A stretch of 64,000 nt of DNA from IMG/VR virus record IMGVR_UViG_3300000928_001655, one strand, 5' to 3'. Positions 44,400-59,200 of the stretch are shown here, piece by piece. Below the pieces are notes generated by a model that worked only from the letters and a program-made list of their open reading frames with translations, did not search any database and was not told the DNA's origin. The position numbers and the translations under genes are program-made. How positions within the stretch are numbered: the first letter of the stretch is position 1; each line of letters starts with the position of its first letter. This DNA is from an uncultured virus (IMG/VR IMGVR_UViG_3300000928_001655). Lineage: Duplodnaviria; Heunggongvirae; Uroviricota; Caudoviricetes.

Positions 44400-47300
44400 A
44401 TGTCAAAAATTTCTGAATTAGGTTCGATTACTGGTGCAAATACTAGAACGGAAGACCTATTCGTCATCGTAAACCTTGTACAAGGTGATGACGGTACAAA
44501 GAACATTACCAGAAAAGAACTCGTCCAAGCGATTCAGTACGAAATATTTGATCGAATCACCATCACTGGTGGGTCGATTACTGGCACGACTATCTTTGAG
44601 AACATCATTAACGACAACGTAATGAACGATAACGAGTTCAATCGTGGTTCTGTTAATGATACAGACATTAATCGTGCAGATATTGATGACTCTTCTTTCG
44701 ATAATGGTACTGCAAATAATGTAGAGATCACAAACTCTTCTTTCGACTTCGGTACTATGGAGACAGTGTCAGGTAATAACGTTACCTTGATCAACTCCTT
44801 TATCGATGAGAGTGAAATCACTAACACATCCTTCGCAAATGGTACGATTGACGAATCAGAAATTACTAATTCATCTTTTGCAAACGGTGTTATTGAAGAC
44901 TCGACTGCAAACAACCTAATCATTACAGACTCAGATTTCTCAAATGGTTCACTCAGAGACTCTACTGGTGAAAATTTAGACATCAGCGAATCACTATTCT
45001 CTAACGGTACTATCTTAGATACCGTTGCAAACAACATGACGATCACCAATTCGATATTGTCGAATAATGAACTTTATGACAGTTTTGCAAACAACATCGA
45101 TATTGACAACTCAGAGTTTAATGACGGTGTCATTGGCAATTCTGATGCGAATAATATTACGATAACGACATCTACTTTCTCAGATGGTCAGATCTTCGAT
45201 AGTACTGCAAACAATATCACTATCGAAAACTCTGCATTCAATAATGGTACTGGTAACAATAACGTATTTGCCAACACTACTATTGATCGTGGTCTTATCA
45301 AAGACAGTGTCATTGCTAACTCATCTTTCACTGGTGAACTAACTGACATCACATTGAATGATGCGATTATCTCGTCGTCTACAATGTCTAACACTGGTAT
45401 CTCCGAATCTCGGATGGAAGGTGGTTCGATTGAACAGACCGATATCAGTAATGCAAACATTAAGAACTCTGAACTTGCAGACTTCGATATGGATCTTACC
45501 AAAGCGTTTGAACCACGTATTGAGGAAGACTCGTACTTCGCACTGAAGAATGTTAAAACTGGTGAAACAGAAAGAATTACATACCGTCAATTCTTTGATG
45601 AGATCTCAAGATCTACTGCAAAGGCTCTGAAGGTACACGTTGAAGCGTCTTCTGGTGATGACAGAAACCCAGGCACCGTTCTTCAACCAGTACGCACACT
45701 AGAACGTGGTGCGGAAATCGCACTTGAAAAAGCAGGTGGTGTTTACTCTCGTAATGACGTAAACAATGCGGTTCACATCTCATGTGGGCCTGGAACCTAT
45801 TATACTAAAGGTGGTGTTGCACTCCCAGACGATTGTTCATTGACATCTACCTCTGGTCAGTATGCAACAGTTATCGAAGCGTTGCCTGGATATGAATTTA
45901 ATAACGCAGTCCTAGTGGGATCTGGTTGTTACGTACAAGGTTTCTCATACACTAACTGGAAAGTAGACAACTTCGACTTCCCAGAAGGTGGTTTTGCGAT
46001 TGCATATCGCCCAGGCGCAAAAATGAGACGTTCGCCATATATTCGTGACAGTTCACAGTTATCAAACTTCCTTCGTGCAGATGTAGAACCCCCGCTGCAA
46101 CCATTCAACTCTAAAGGCACACTAGCAGACCTTGGTCGTGAGATCTTCATGGAAGTTGGTCACGCAGGAGACTTTATTGAGTTTGACGAAGTTACTTTCG
46201 GTTCTGGTGCGACAGGTGTTATCTCTTGGGATCTTGACGTTGCTACAGAAGATCGTATCTATGTTCGTAACCTTAAAGGTGACATCAACGTAGGTGACAC
46301 AATCATCTCAGAATCAGGTGGTACAGGTAACATTGCAGTCATTGGTATAGACGACTTCCCGAACCCACTTGTTGGACGTGGTGGTGGTTGTGTGCTCGCA
46401 GACAGACGTGTTCTTGACCCAGACTCACTCTACACATATATCTTGACATTTGGTTTCACACCTCGTACACAGAACGGTATCGGTTACGTTGCACGTGATG
46501 GTGCAGGTGTTAACGGTATTGGTTCATTGTCAATCTTTACACGTTGTGCGTTCTACGCATTGAACGGTGGACAGGTTACACTCAACAACTCTGGTACTCA
46601 GTTTGGTGACATCTCCATGAGAGCGAAAGGTACTACAACCTTCTACGCACCAAAAGATACCGCTACGCCAATCACTTCATTAATGGGTGGTGGTAACACT
46701 GCGTTCGGTGATACCATTCTTTCGAATGCGAACAACATCATCGATGACATGGTTGATTATCTGACATCTAATACTGCTTCTGGTGGACTTGGATATCAAG
46801 GATATGACGCAGAAAAATGTTACCGTGACAGTGGTATCATCATTGACAAAATTGGACAAGACATTCAAACTGGTTCAAACTACTGGGGACGTTTGTCTGG
46901 TATTACATACCGTTCACCAATCTCCTATGTTGTGCCTGGCGAACAGTTGACAGAAACACTAGGTGCGAACCGTTACTTGCAAGGTAAAATTGAAGGTATC
47001 TTCAGTAATGCGAACTCAGAAATCCTAGATCGTGCAAACACTTCTTACGACGAACTCTTGAATATTCTTGAGAACGGTGAAGAGTATGCAAGTCCAATCA
47101 TTTGGACAGAAGTTTCTAACAATGAAGTTTCTAACGAATACACTGCAGCTAGAAAACAACTTCAGGACAATCGTTCGTTCATCCAAGACGAGTTAATCGA
47201 CTGGATCGAAGATAACGATGAGTTCTTTGCATATAACAGTGTCACATGTCGTCGTGATACACAGGATTATATCCTTCCTGCAGTCAAGTATGACATGTTA

Positions 47301-50300
47301 CTTGATACAAACTACAACTCCGTTACTGCAGGTAATGCGTACTATATGAACGCTGCCGCAAAGGTTATCAATAACCAACGTGACGAAACAATTGCATCAT
47401 ACAAGAGACTGAAAGAACAGACCAACGAAGTTATCGATGGTGTTTCTATCCTTGGTTCTCAACGTGCTGATGTCGCATTTGACAACATTATTGACGCATT
47501 AGAAGAAAAACGTTACACATATTCACCTACTCATGTAGAATACGATCCAATTTCTGGTCTTATGGAAGTAACAGTTGGTCTTCACCGTCTTGAAGTAGAT
47601 CAAAAAGTTGTTATTGAAACAGATAGTATCACTTTCGAGTGTGTTCCAAACAAAGGTTTCATTACTCATCCTCGTACAACTGATCCAGTTGCGAACCGTC
47701 TACTACCAATTATTGAAGTCACAGAAACAACATTTACAGTTATGGCTGGTAATGCAGGTGGATACTTGGGTATTCATTCATTCGTAAGTGCGGATGCAGA
47801 CTGTGTCCGTCTTGAAGAAAACTGTTGGACTCCATCTGGTTCTACATATGATCCAGTATCTGGTGAAACACTAATCGCATTTGATGTAAACCATAACATC
47901 AAAGTTGGTGATATGATTGAAATCGCACCAGGCGGTTTGACATATAGTTGTGCAAACTCTGCAACTCTTGAGATTATCGAAATCTCACATCCACGTCAAT
48001 CTGACAAGTGGTACAAGAATGCATTGCAAGTCGAATCAGTAACACCTAAGACAATTACCTTTAACTCAGGTGACGCAGGTGGTTACACTGGTGTCCATGC
48101 ATATCAACGTACATTGGACAATGCAGTTCAAGTGGTTGCTAGAGGTATTACATTCAGTGATGCACCAACTCTCAGTGCAGACAAGAAGAATGCTCGTAAA
48201 CAACTTCAGGCAAACAGAAAGTACATCCAAGACTACATGTTAGGTTGGATCGATACTAACTTCTTTATCTACTCCAGTGATAAGTGTCTACGTGACGTNN
48301 NNNNNNNNNNNNNNNNNNNNNNNNNNNNNNNNNNNNNNNNNNNNNNNNNNNNNNNNNNNNNNNNNNNNNNNNNNNNNNNNNNNNNNNNNNNNNNNNNNNN
48401 NNNNNNNNNNNNNNNNNNNNNNNNNNNNNNNNNNNNNNNNNNNNNNNNNNNNNNNNNNNNNNNNNNNNNNNNNNNNNNNNNNNNNNNGGTGACTCAATCA
48501 AACTTGCACCTGCTGCATTGACATTCTCTTGTGTTAACACTGCAACTTCAGATGTGGTAGAGATTTCTCACCCACGTCCTGCAGATCCACTTAACGATAG
48601 ACCAATCCCAATCACTGCAGTTTCTGTAAACTCTATCACATTCAACAGTGGTGATGCAGGTGGTTACACTGGTGCTCACACTTGGGTGTCTGGTAGAGGT
48701 GATGGTGTACATCTCCTTGCAAACGATAGTTCTGTAACAATGAAAACAGACGCTGCGTTTGACGAAATCACTCACATCATGAATGGTTCTGGTCGTGCTT
48801 ATACTCCTACGACTGCAACATATAATGGTGTTACAGGTGAAATGGTTATCACCATCGGTACTCACAGTTTGACTACAGATGATAAGGTACTTCTTGCACC
48901 TAACTCATTCCAGTTCGAATGTGATCAAGGTATCAAGTCTCACCCAAATCGTACAGACCCACTATACAAAAAACCAATGCAGATCCTTGCAACTGGATTG
49001 ACAACAATCACAGTGAACCCAGGCTCCGCAGGTTCTTACACTCAACCACATACATTCTACAAAGCAGACGAGAATGCAGTTTCAGTGTACTATGATGTTC
49101 GTAAGAAAACATACACTCCAACAACTGCGACATACGATCCTGCAACAGGTGATATGGTTGTTACTGTTGGTGTTCATAATCTTGAACTTGGTCAGTATAT
49201 TGAAATGGAAGAAGAGAGTATCGTCTTTACATGCGCATTGGACAGTAATGTAACTGAACATGCATATCCTCGTAAGACAGATCCTTGGAACAAAAAACCA
49301 GTTAAGATCAAAGCTGCAACAGAAACCACATTCACTATTAACGTAGGTGGTTATGCAGGTGGTACTGCACACACATTCGTAAGTGCCGCAGAAGGTTGTA
49401 TCCGTGACGATGTTGTATGGTTCTCAGATCCTGCAATGTACAAAGAGTTTAAAACTCCTGAAGGTGTCGCATACAATACCGCAACTGGTATCATGTCTAT
49501 GACTATTACAGGTCATGGTTTGAGTGCAGGTCAACGTGTAGAACTGATGCCTGGATCTTTCACATTCACATGTGGTTCTGACAACAATCTACAAGAGATC
49601 TCGCATCCACGTCCTGCAGATCCACCATATCGTACTCCACTTGCAATCACTGCAACACCTGATATCAATACAATTCAGGTTAATGTAGGTGTCGGTCAAG
49701 GTGGTATTCACACATTCATCCGTTGTGCAGACAATGCATTGGCAATCTTAAGGTCTAATACAGACGAAGTCAACACTGCAACAACACTACAGAAAAACCG
49801 TGCATTCCTTGCAAATGAAGTTGTAGGATATCTAAGAGATACTTACTTCATCTACGACAGTGCAAAATGTGAAAGAGACACAGGTTTGATGCTTGATGCA
49901 GTCAAACGTGATGTTCTTACTGGTTCTAACTATAACGCTGTATTCAGTGGACTTGCATATCGTTCTGGTACTGTAGGTGCAAATGCAGTTGTAGAAGAAC
50001 AGTTGACACAAACAACTGGTGCATTCACATGGTTAAAAGGTGAAGTATCTTCAAATCTTACAGGTACTGCAAGAACACGTGCAGAAGCATCTTTCGATGA
50101 ACTGATTGACATCATCACAAACGGTACAGGTGCCGCAGATGCAATCAACTTCGGTGACTCATATGTGTCTAACGATGCATTGAACACTCGTGGTATCCTT
50201 CAGTCCAACAAAGCATTCTTACAAGCAGAAGTTACTGCATGGTTGAACATTAATCATCCAAACTCAGAGAGTGTTGGTGTTAAGTGTCCACGTGATGTTG

Positions 50301-53300
50301 GTTACCTCGTTGACTCTGTCTCATATGACATTCAACATGGTTCAAACGTTGCATCTATCAATAACGCAAAAGTTTACTTTGAAAACGCAATTACTGTATT
50401 GCCTTACAATCAAAGAAGACCAACTGCAGAAGCATTCCAACACATTGCGAATGTTGCGAAGAAACTCGCACGTAACGAGACTGTAACACCAACAACTGGT
50501 AACGTAGAAACACCAGTAGCATGGACTAATGTAGAATATACACCTATTGATGCGATCTACAACCCAGTTTCTGGTATCATGAAAATCGATCTGGGTGCTG
50601 CTCACTCTTTCGCAATCGGTGATTACATGATCTTCGAACCTGAGTCAATCACATTGTCATGTGGTGATCCAGTTACAAATATCGTACATCCTCGTACTAC
50701 AGATCCTGCATATGAGAAACCACACAAAATCCTTGCAGTAACTGCAAACACAATTACAATGGATGTTGGTGATGCAGGTGGATACGAAGAGGAACATACT
50801 TTTGTCTCTGCCACTGCAAATGCAGTCAAGAAATACTTCTCTGACTTTATGGGTCAAAGAGTAGAAGACTTGATCAACATCGTTTCAGACAGTGTAGAAG
50901 ATGAACAACTTAACCTTCCACCAGTAGTCGAACCAAATGATATTGGTACTCCATTCTACGAAAGTGCCGCAAAAGGTACAATCGTTGGTGGTGGATCTAC
51001 TGCACGTGAAGCTGTTGTAAGAGGTGGTTCTGGTGGTATCGATGGTGCACAATCTGGACTTCTATCCTACAATGTGGGTGGTCCTGAAATGGATGATCCT
51101 TCATACAAATTCTCACCATTCGAATTTGGGCCAGGTGAAACTGGATACGCACAAGAATTCAAAGATGCGTCTTCACTTATCAATGGTCTTACAGAGAAAT
51201 TACAAACAGAGATCACAACTTACATTAACGAACAGTACAATGGTATTGGTTTCGTAGAGTCTAAGTGTATTCGTGACAGTGGATATCTGATTGATGCAGT
51301 AACAGAAGATCTTCTGTACGGTGGTAATGAAGCGACAGTGAAAGCTGCACGTGCATACTTCATCAACTCTATCAACTTACTTCCATCTTATCAGTACGAT
51401 GCTACAAGTGCCGCATTCACGCACCTCGCTGCATCTGCAGAAAGTGTTGTACTCGAAAATACAGTGACACCTCACTTCGGGCCAAGTGCCTTTACCCCAA
51501 CAGATGCAGACTATAATGTCGCACAGGGTACACTGAAACTTGATATTGGTACTCACGCTCTACAAGTTGGTGATTACATCTGGTTCGATGAGAATGCACT
51601 CACATTCTCATGTGCAAATACTGCGACAGGTGTTGTGACACAAATTTCACATCCACGTCCAACAGACCCTGCATTCGAGAAACCAACTAAGATTACTCAA
51701 GTAGATGGTGATTTCATCACTGTTACTGGATACACAATCCCAGACGGATACGCAGGTGCGCATACTTTTGTAAGTGCAGTTTCAAATAGTGTCAAAGAAG
51801 TTACAGGAAACATTCTGAAACAAGACAAGTCTGGTACTGCTGCTTCAGTTCAAACTGCACAACGTGTACAAGATCTTATTACAGTTATCGCAAACATTGC
51901 AGATGATCGTACAAATGAAAACATTCCTGCAATTGCTGATGCACCAACATACAATCCACTACGTACATTCGCACGTGATCAAATCGCTGCAAACCGTAAG
52001 TTCTTGATTGAAGAGGTTGTTGCATACTTGAATGATGAATACTTCACATACGATGGTGACAAGTGTTTCAGAGATACAGGTTATATCATCGATGCAGTTC
52101 GTCGTGACTTAATCACTGGTTCTAACTTCAACTCAGTATATGCAGGTGCGTCTTATCGTACAAGTACTGCAGGTACAAATGCAATTCGTTGGGGTGAATT
52201 ATCTGAAACAGTCGGTGGTGTACGTTACATCCAGTCTGAATTAGAGAAACTAGTAACTAATGAAGAAGCTAGATTACTTGTAAAATCTGCATTTGATACA
52301 CTCGTAGACGGTATGGCAAAAGGTTATACTCCAACAGGTGTTGATTACGATCCTACATCAGGGTTCATGGACATCACAATTGGTGAACACGACTTCGTTC
52401 AAGGTGAATACATCATGTTCTCACCAGAGTCAATTACATTGTCTTGTGTGAATACTGCAACTTCAGACGTAATTGAACTTGCACATCCACGTATCTCTGA
52501 TGTTAATGTATATGAGAAAAAACAATTGATCGTTGCCGTGACTGATTCAACAATCACAGTTAATGTTGGTAACGCAGGTGGATACACAAGTACACACACA
52601 TTCGTACGTGCAGATGAACAAGCGGTCAGAAAAATTGAAACTATCGATTACTCTGATGGTACTAATAACTTCATTGATGGTAAAGGTCTTAATGCAAGAA
52701 TTAATCTGCAACTGAACAAATCCTTCCTTGCTGCAGAAGCAACTGCATTCATTGCACTTACATACCCATCATTGTCTTACGATGTTGCGAAGTGTGAAAG
52801 AGATGTTGGTCACTTGGTTGATGCAATCTCATTCGATCTTCAACATGGTGGTAACACTGCCGCATTGTCTAATGCAAGATTGTACTTCGAAGGTGCAGGT
52901 AGTGTTCTTCCTGCAGGTCAACGTGCACAAACTGCCGCAGTCTTCCAAAGACTTGCAGAGTTTGCAGACAACTGTGTTCAGAATATTGCAAATACTCCAT
53001 CACTTGGTAACGCAGTCGCACAGGATGTGTCTGGTGTTGCGACAGATGCTGCAACTGGTGCAAGAGCCGAAACTCTTATGGAAATTGTTGCAGAAGCAAT
53101 CGCTGCTGACAACTTAGAAGGACTTCCTGCATCTGTAGAACCAAAAACTAGTGTATATGCAACAGAGGGTACACTTCTGAAAACAAAAACACCTACAATG
53201 CAGTCTGCAATCCTTGGACACATTGCACAAGAGTTTAACGGACTTGCATATAAAGAAGACAAGTGTCGTCGTGACATGGGTGCTATCATCGATGGTATTG

Positions 53301-55813
53301 CTCACGATATCCAATACGATGGTAACTCTGCAACTCACAAAAACGCAATGATCTACTTTGAGAATGCAATTAACATTCTACCACTTGGTCAACGTGAACC
53401 AACTCGTCGTGCATTCATGCACCTTGGAGAAACAATCGAAACAGTACTTACACGTACTGATGTAACTCCAACAATCCAAAAAGGTGTCAAGTATACTCCG
53501 ACTGGTGCAACTTACGATCCACAAAGTGGTATCTTTACTGTAAATGTTGGTGTAAATCACAAGTTCAACGTTGGTGACGGTGCATTGTTCGCAACGAACG
53601 GTATCACATTCTCTTGTGGTGTCCCAAGTGTTAACATTTCTCACCCACGTCCAGTAGATCCATGGTTCAATAAACCAGTAGAGATTATTGCAGTATCTGA
53701 TGATACAATCACTATGCAAGTTGGTAAAGTTGAGAGATATGTCGGTGTACACACATTCGTATCTGCAGTAAACGATGCGGTTCAGATGGTTCAAGGTAAC
53801 TTGGTACATCAGGACAAACGTCATCTACCTGCAGTATATCCAGAACGTAAAGACCTTATGGGTTACGCATTGGATCTCGCAATGATCGTTGCAAACGCAG
53901 TAGATGATACAGATGTTTCAAATATCCCTGCACGTATCTCACCAGATGTGTCATGGACACCTACAAACTACTTGGACGCAAAATCATTGATCCAAGACAA
54001 TAGTGTTGCACTCGCAAATGAAATCGTAGACTACGTATCTCGTGAGTGGAATGGTTTATCATTCCCACGTAACAAGTGTCGTCGTGACATGGGCTTCTTG
54101 ATTGATGCCACATCACACGATGTTCAGTATCAAACAAACCACGCATCTCGTATCTCTGCACAGATTTACTTTGAAAACGGTGTGTCTGTACTACCACAAG
54201 ATACTCGCAGACAAACTGCAGATGTTTACAACACTATGAAAGTTCTGATGGGTAACATCGTTCAAGAGATCGATACTCAGAATACAACATTCACTACAAC
54301 TGCGCAAGACTTCTCTGGTACTGCCGCAGGTGTTACCGAAGGTACAGAAGTACAGAACTTGATTGGTATCGTTGAAGATGTCATTCGTGAAGATAGTCTT
54401 GCACCTATCCCTGCATTGGTCGAACCAAACATGACATGGATTGGTGGAGATCTACAGGATGCATTTGATCAGATCGAAGAAAGTAAAGTAGAACTTGCAG
54501 ATGATCTTATTCACTTCATCAATACTGAGTTCAACGTACTTGACTATAACAAATCTAAGTGTCGTCGTGATACAGGATACCTTATTGACGCATTCTCATA
54601 TGACTTGAACTACGGTGGTAACACTGCTTCTCGTTGGAATGCAGAGTTCTATTTCTGGAACTCAGTATATCGTATCCCAGAAGACCAACGTGAAGCGACT
54701 GCGAAGTCTTATCGTCAACTTGGTGTAATTTGTGCGGATATCCTACAGGGTGAGTACGAAGGACAAGTTGTAAAAGCTGATACTGCAACAGAAGCAGAAT
54801 CAACTAAAGTTAAAGAACTCGCAGGAATGTTTTATCTAAGTCAGATAAATAAAGATGTAAAAGAGTTACAAACACTTATTGCACCTGATTATGACTGGGT
54901 TGAAAAACCATTTAGAGATGCCGCAGATATTCTACTATCCAAACGTGGTCCTCTTCAGTATGATACAGTAAGATTTGTTAACGCAACTTATAAGTTTATT
55001 GATATTAATTTGACAAGACGTGACGCAGGTAACTTGTTGCAGACTATTGTGAATGATGTTAAATTCATAAATCCGAACACTAATCAAAGGGGTTCAACAA
55101 AAGCAACAAGAACATTCTCGCAATCGTTCTTCGACCAAAAAGGTCAACATGTGTTCCCAGTGTTCAATTCTACAACATCTGGGTTGTCTTTCAAAGGAGT
55201 GGTTCCAGATATCTCTGCACGTAATGCGTTGCAGTCAGATCCAAACGTAAGTTTGAAAAAGAACCACGCATATATTGTTTCTACTGACACTAATGTCAAC
55301 TTCTACGCAGGAACTATATACTATTGGAACGGTTCAGCATGGATCGATGATGGCGCAAACAATACTGATCTTCTCTATGCATTCTATGCAACATGGGATA
55401 GAATTAGAGACTTTATCATTGCGAACTACTCACCAGATGCACTGCATAGTTCATTTATTGAGATCTTGTTTAATGAATGTCTAAAAGACAACATTTTGAG
55501 ACCAAACGTGTTGACATTCGGTTCACTTGTTGAATCAATCGCACACCAGTTCAACGGTGGTGCTGCAGGTGTTAACAGAACTGCGTTGCCATTGAACTTT
55601 AGAAACCTCGGACCTGCAACGTCTGCGATTTCTTCGGTTCTTTCTGAAGACGGTGGTCGTGTAAGATGGTCTGGTGCAGACGAATTGAATAACCAATACT
55701 TCGCAAGAGGTTTGAGAATTAACGGTAGAACAGGTCGTATCGAAGGTCGACCATTTACATCTTCGGTTCGGAAACTCGCAAGACGTGCTTCGAACTCAAG
55801 AGCTGTAGTATAA
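44400..55813 (+). CDS. Giant (~3800 aa) repeat-rich structural protein, one gene split in the ORF track by an N gap
   Basis: The same two repeat types occur on both sides of the N run 48299-48487. Sequence after the gap (GDSIKLAPAALTFSC) starts mid-repeat. Confidence 0.8.
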
Positions 55814-55825
55814 AAGGAAAGAATA

Positions 55826-56281
55826 ATGGCAGTTGAATCATACGTAGACGCAAATACTGGGATTACCGTAATAAGGACATCTCAGGCACCCGATGCGTTC
55901 CCAATCGGTTTTAATGCAGTCTTAACCACAGAATTTGATGAAGTCATTACTGTTCCTCAGTTTATGGTTCCAGAACTTGTATTTGGTGGTAGTGAGACTA
56001 TTGAGCCTGGTATCGGGGAAGTTATTTCCCCATTGATCCTTTGTAACACAACTCAAAATACTGTAACAGTTGACGTTAACATTTATCGTTATGAGAATTC
56101 ATTGACATTTGATTTGATTAAAAATCTTCCAGTGCCTGCCTACGACACAATACCAATTCCGATTAACGGTCAGTTCTTTGTATCGGGTGACATACTTCAA
56201 GCAAAATGTAGTGCAAATCTTGCAGTTACTGCAACGTTGTCATATACCATAGGTCAGAGCGAGGAATACGATGTCGACTAG
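55826..56281 (+). CDS. Hypothetical virion-associated protein
   Basis: SD AAGGA; beta-rich; LCNTT...GDILQA pattern; sits in the fibre operon. Confidence 0.7.
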   Translation: MAVESYVDANTGITVIRTSQAPDAFPIGFNAVLTTEFDEVITVPQFMVPELVFGGSETIEPGIGEVISPLILCNTTQNTVTVDVNIYRYENSLTFDLIKNLPVPAYDTIPIPINGQFFVSGDILQAKCSANLAVTATLSYTIGQSEEYDVD

Positions 56282-59200
56282 GTTTAAGTCTTTCAGAGGT
56301 GGCACAGTCACACTAGGGAAAGGGATACCACAAGCGTTCCCTATTACCCTTGATCCAGCCCCCTTTGAGGGGTCTATTGTCTATGCGGATAACGGAGAAA
56401 TGCGTTATTCGGATGGTACTAACTGGTTAAACATGGGTACTGGTCCTCAAGGGACTACAGGTTTTCAAGGCGCAGACGGTACACAGGGTGCACAAGGTCT
56501 ACAAGGTGATTACGGTCCTGGTTTTACAATCATTGGTTCCGTTGCAGATGTAGATGCAGGTGGTGATCCACAAGCAACTCTCAACACTGCATTCCCATCC
56601 GCTTCTGTGGGTGAAGGTGTTATTGATGACACAGATGAAGAACTTTGGATCTATGACGGTGTTAACTGGATTAATATCGGTACATTTAGAGGTGTACAAG
56701 GTTTCCAAGGCGTTCAAGGCGTACAGGGTACACAAGGTGACCTCGGTCAAAAAGGTGTACAAGGTTTCCGTGGATTTAGAGGTTTCCAAGGTTTACAAGG
56801 CGTTCAAGGTACGCAGGGTTTCCAAGGTATTCAAGGTTACAAAGGTAATCAGGGAATCCAAGGAGCGCAGGGAACGCAAGGTTTACAAGGCGATCAAGGC
56901 ACACAAGGTGTGCAGGGTCCTCAAGGACCTCAAGGTTTGCAAGGTCTACAGGGACCTCAAGGACCCCAAGGATTGCAGGGTGATCAAGGTGTACAAGGTA
57001 CAGACGGTGCATTCGCAGGTCAAGGTGTTCAGGGTACTCAAGGTCTTCAAGGAGATCAAGGCGTACAAGGAACGCAAGGTGTTCAAGGTCCCCAAGCTTC
57101 TCAGGGTGTACAAGGTACACAAGGTTGGCAAGGTGAAGCAATTCAAGGTATCCAAGGACTACAAGGTCCTCAAGGATTACAAGGATTGCAGGGTCCCCAA
57201 GGTTTACAAGGTGACCAAGGTACTCAAGGCGTACAGGGTGGACAAGGTCCTCAAGGAACGCAAGGTGGTACTGGTAGCACTGGTTTGCAGGGTTTGCAAG
57301 GTACTCAAGGCGTACAGGGCGTACAAGGTTTCCAAGGCGTACAAGGTTTTGACGGAACTTATGGTGGTCTAACATTCGAATGGGAATTAAACCCAATTTC
57401 TGGTGACGCATTCCCAGGCGTTGGTAAATTTGGTCTCGTTGATGGTACAGTTGCGAGTTCAGGAGTTGTATCTAACATTGATAAGATCTGGTTTGACGAC
57501 AAACCATATGATTCAAACAGACGTATTGACGATCTATTCAACTATATTGACAGAGTTAATGGTAGTCCTAAAGGTGAAATCGTAATTCAGACTCCACGTG
57601 ATTCTGCAACTAATGATTTCGAATTCCTTGTTTTCTCTATCTTAGACTGGACATGGGCGCAAGGTGGTGAAGATAATGGTTGGTTTGATGTTGAATTCAT
57701 TGAAAAATCACTATTAGGTGCGGCAGGTGCAAACACTAACTCATGGTTAGACACTACTGCAAGATATGGTGACGTTGCAATCGTTTCATTCAACCCTACG
57801 GGTCCTGTTGGTGCGACTGGTACACAGGGTACAACTGGTATTCAGGGTGATCTCGGTAATCAGGGTGTGCAAGGCGGTCAAGGAATACAGGGTGTTCAAG
57901 GTCCTCAAGGTTTCCAAGGGTTCCAAGGTATTCAAGGTGAGGCGATCCAAGGTGTACAGGGTACACAGGGCTTCCAAGGTATTCAAGGATATCAAGGCTT
58001 CCAAGGTATACAGGGTCAAGAAGGATCTCGTGTCTTTGAAGTTACTAATGTAGGTAACATTGCATACCAAATCGATGGTGTGAATAACCCATCACTACAA
58101 TTGTTAAGAGGTTTCACTTACACATTCGATGTAAGTGCGACTGGTCACCCATTCTTTATCAAAACTGCGCCAGGCACTGGTACAGGTAACCAATATAACA
58201 GTGGTGTAACAAACAATGGTGCACAAAATGGTCTGATAACATTCAGAGTTCCATTTAACGCACCAGATCTTTTGTACTACCAGTGTTCTTTACACAGTGG
58301 TATGGTTGGTCTACTTAATATTTCCGATTTGGGACCTCAAGGTCCTCAAGGTCCGCAGGGTACACAGGGTATTCAAGGTATCCAAGGTGACTCAGGATCG
58401 TTCGGTGGTGCATCATTTGATTACACATTCGAAGATACATTCACTGATTCTGATCCAGGCGTTGGTAAAGTTAAGTTTAACAACAACTTTTTGTCCAGTT
58501 CTACATTCATGTGGATCGACGAAAGAGATGACAACTTTGTCAACTTAGATAATTACTTTACATCATTAGATACAGTTATTGGTCTTGTCAAAGGTCAAAT
58601 AAAAATTATGAAAAAGGCAGATCCAACCTTTTTCGCTGTATTCGAATATTCTGACGTTACTGATAAAACTGGTTACTGGGAATTTGATGTTGCATACTTA
58701 GGTGGTTCCGCCGCAGGATTTGCTGATGATGACGATGTCATTATTACATTCTCACGTGCAGGTTCAACAGGTGCAGGGACACAAGGTGCGCAAGGTACTG
58801 ATGGTCTCCAAGGCGGATTTGGTGCACAGGGTATCCAAGGTGTTCAAGGTATTTCCCAACAGGGTACACAAGGTATTCAGGGTATACAAGGTGGTGACGG
58901 TGCTCAAGGTGGTACTGGATCGGGAACACAGGGTCCTCAAGGTGTCCAAGGTGAAGCTGGTGCACAAGGTGGTATCGGTTTCCAAGGTGCTGATGGATTT
59001 GGTTCACAAGGTGTTGCAGGTATTCAAGGGGAACGTGGTTTCCAAGGTGATATCGGTGAAGGTGGACAAGGTGTTCAAGGTCCTCAAGGTGCAGATGGTG
59101 CACAAGGTCTTCAAGGTCCCCAAGGTCCCACATCTCAAGGTGTAGGTGGTGGAGTTGGCCCAATCGGTCCTCAAGGTATACAAGGTGTCCAAGGTGGCGG

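Noticed and set aside
48299..48521. Apparent frameshift or two separate genes at 44400-48521 and 48518-55813
   Set aside because: The frame change falls across an N gap of estimated length, and the repeats continue on both sides.
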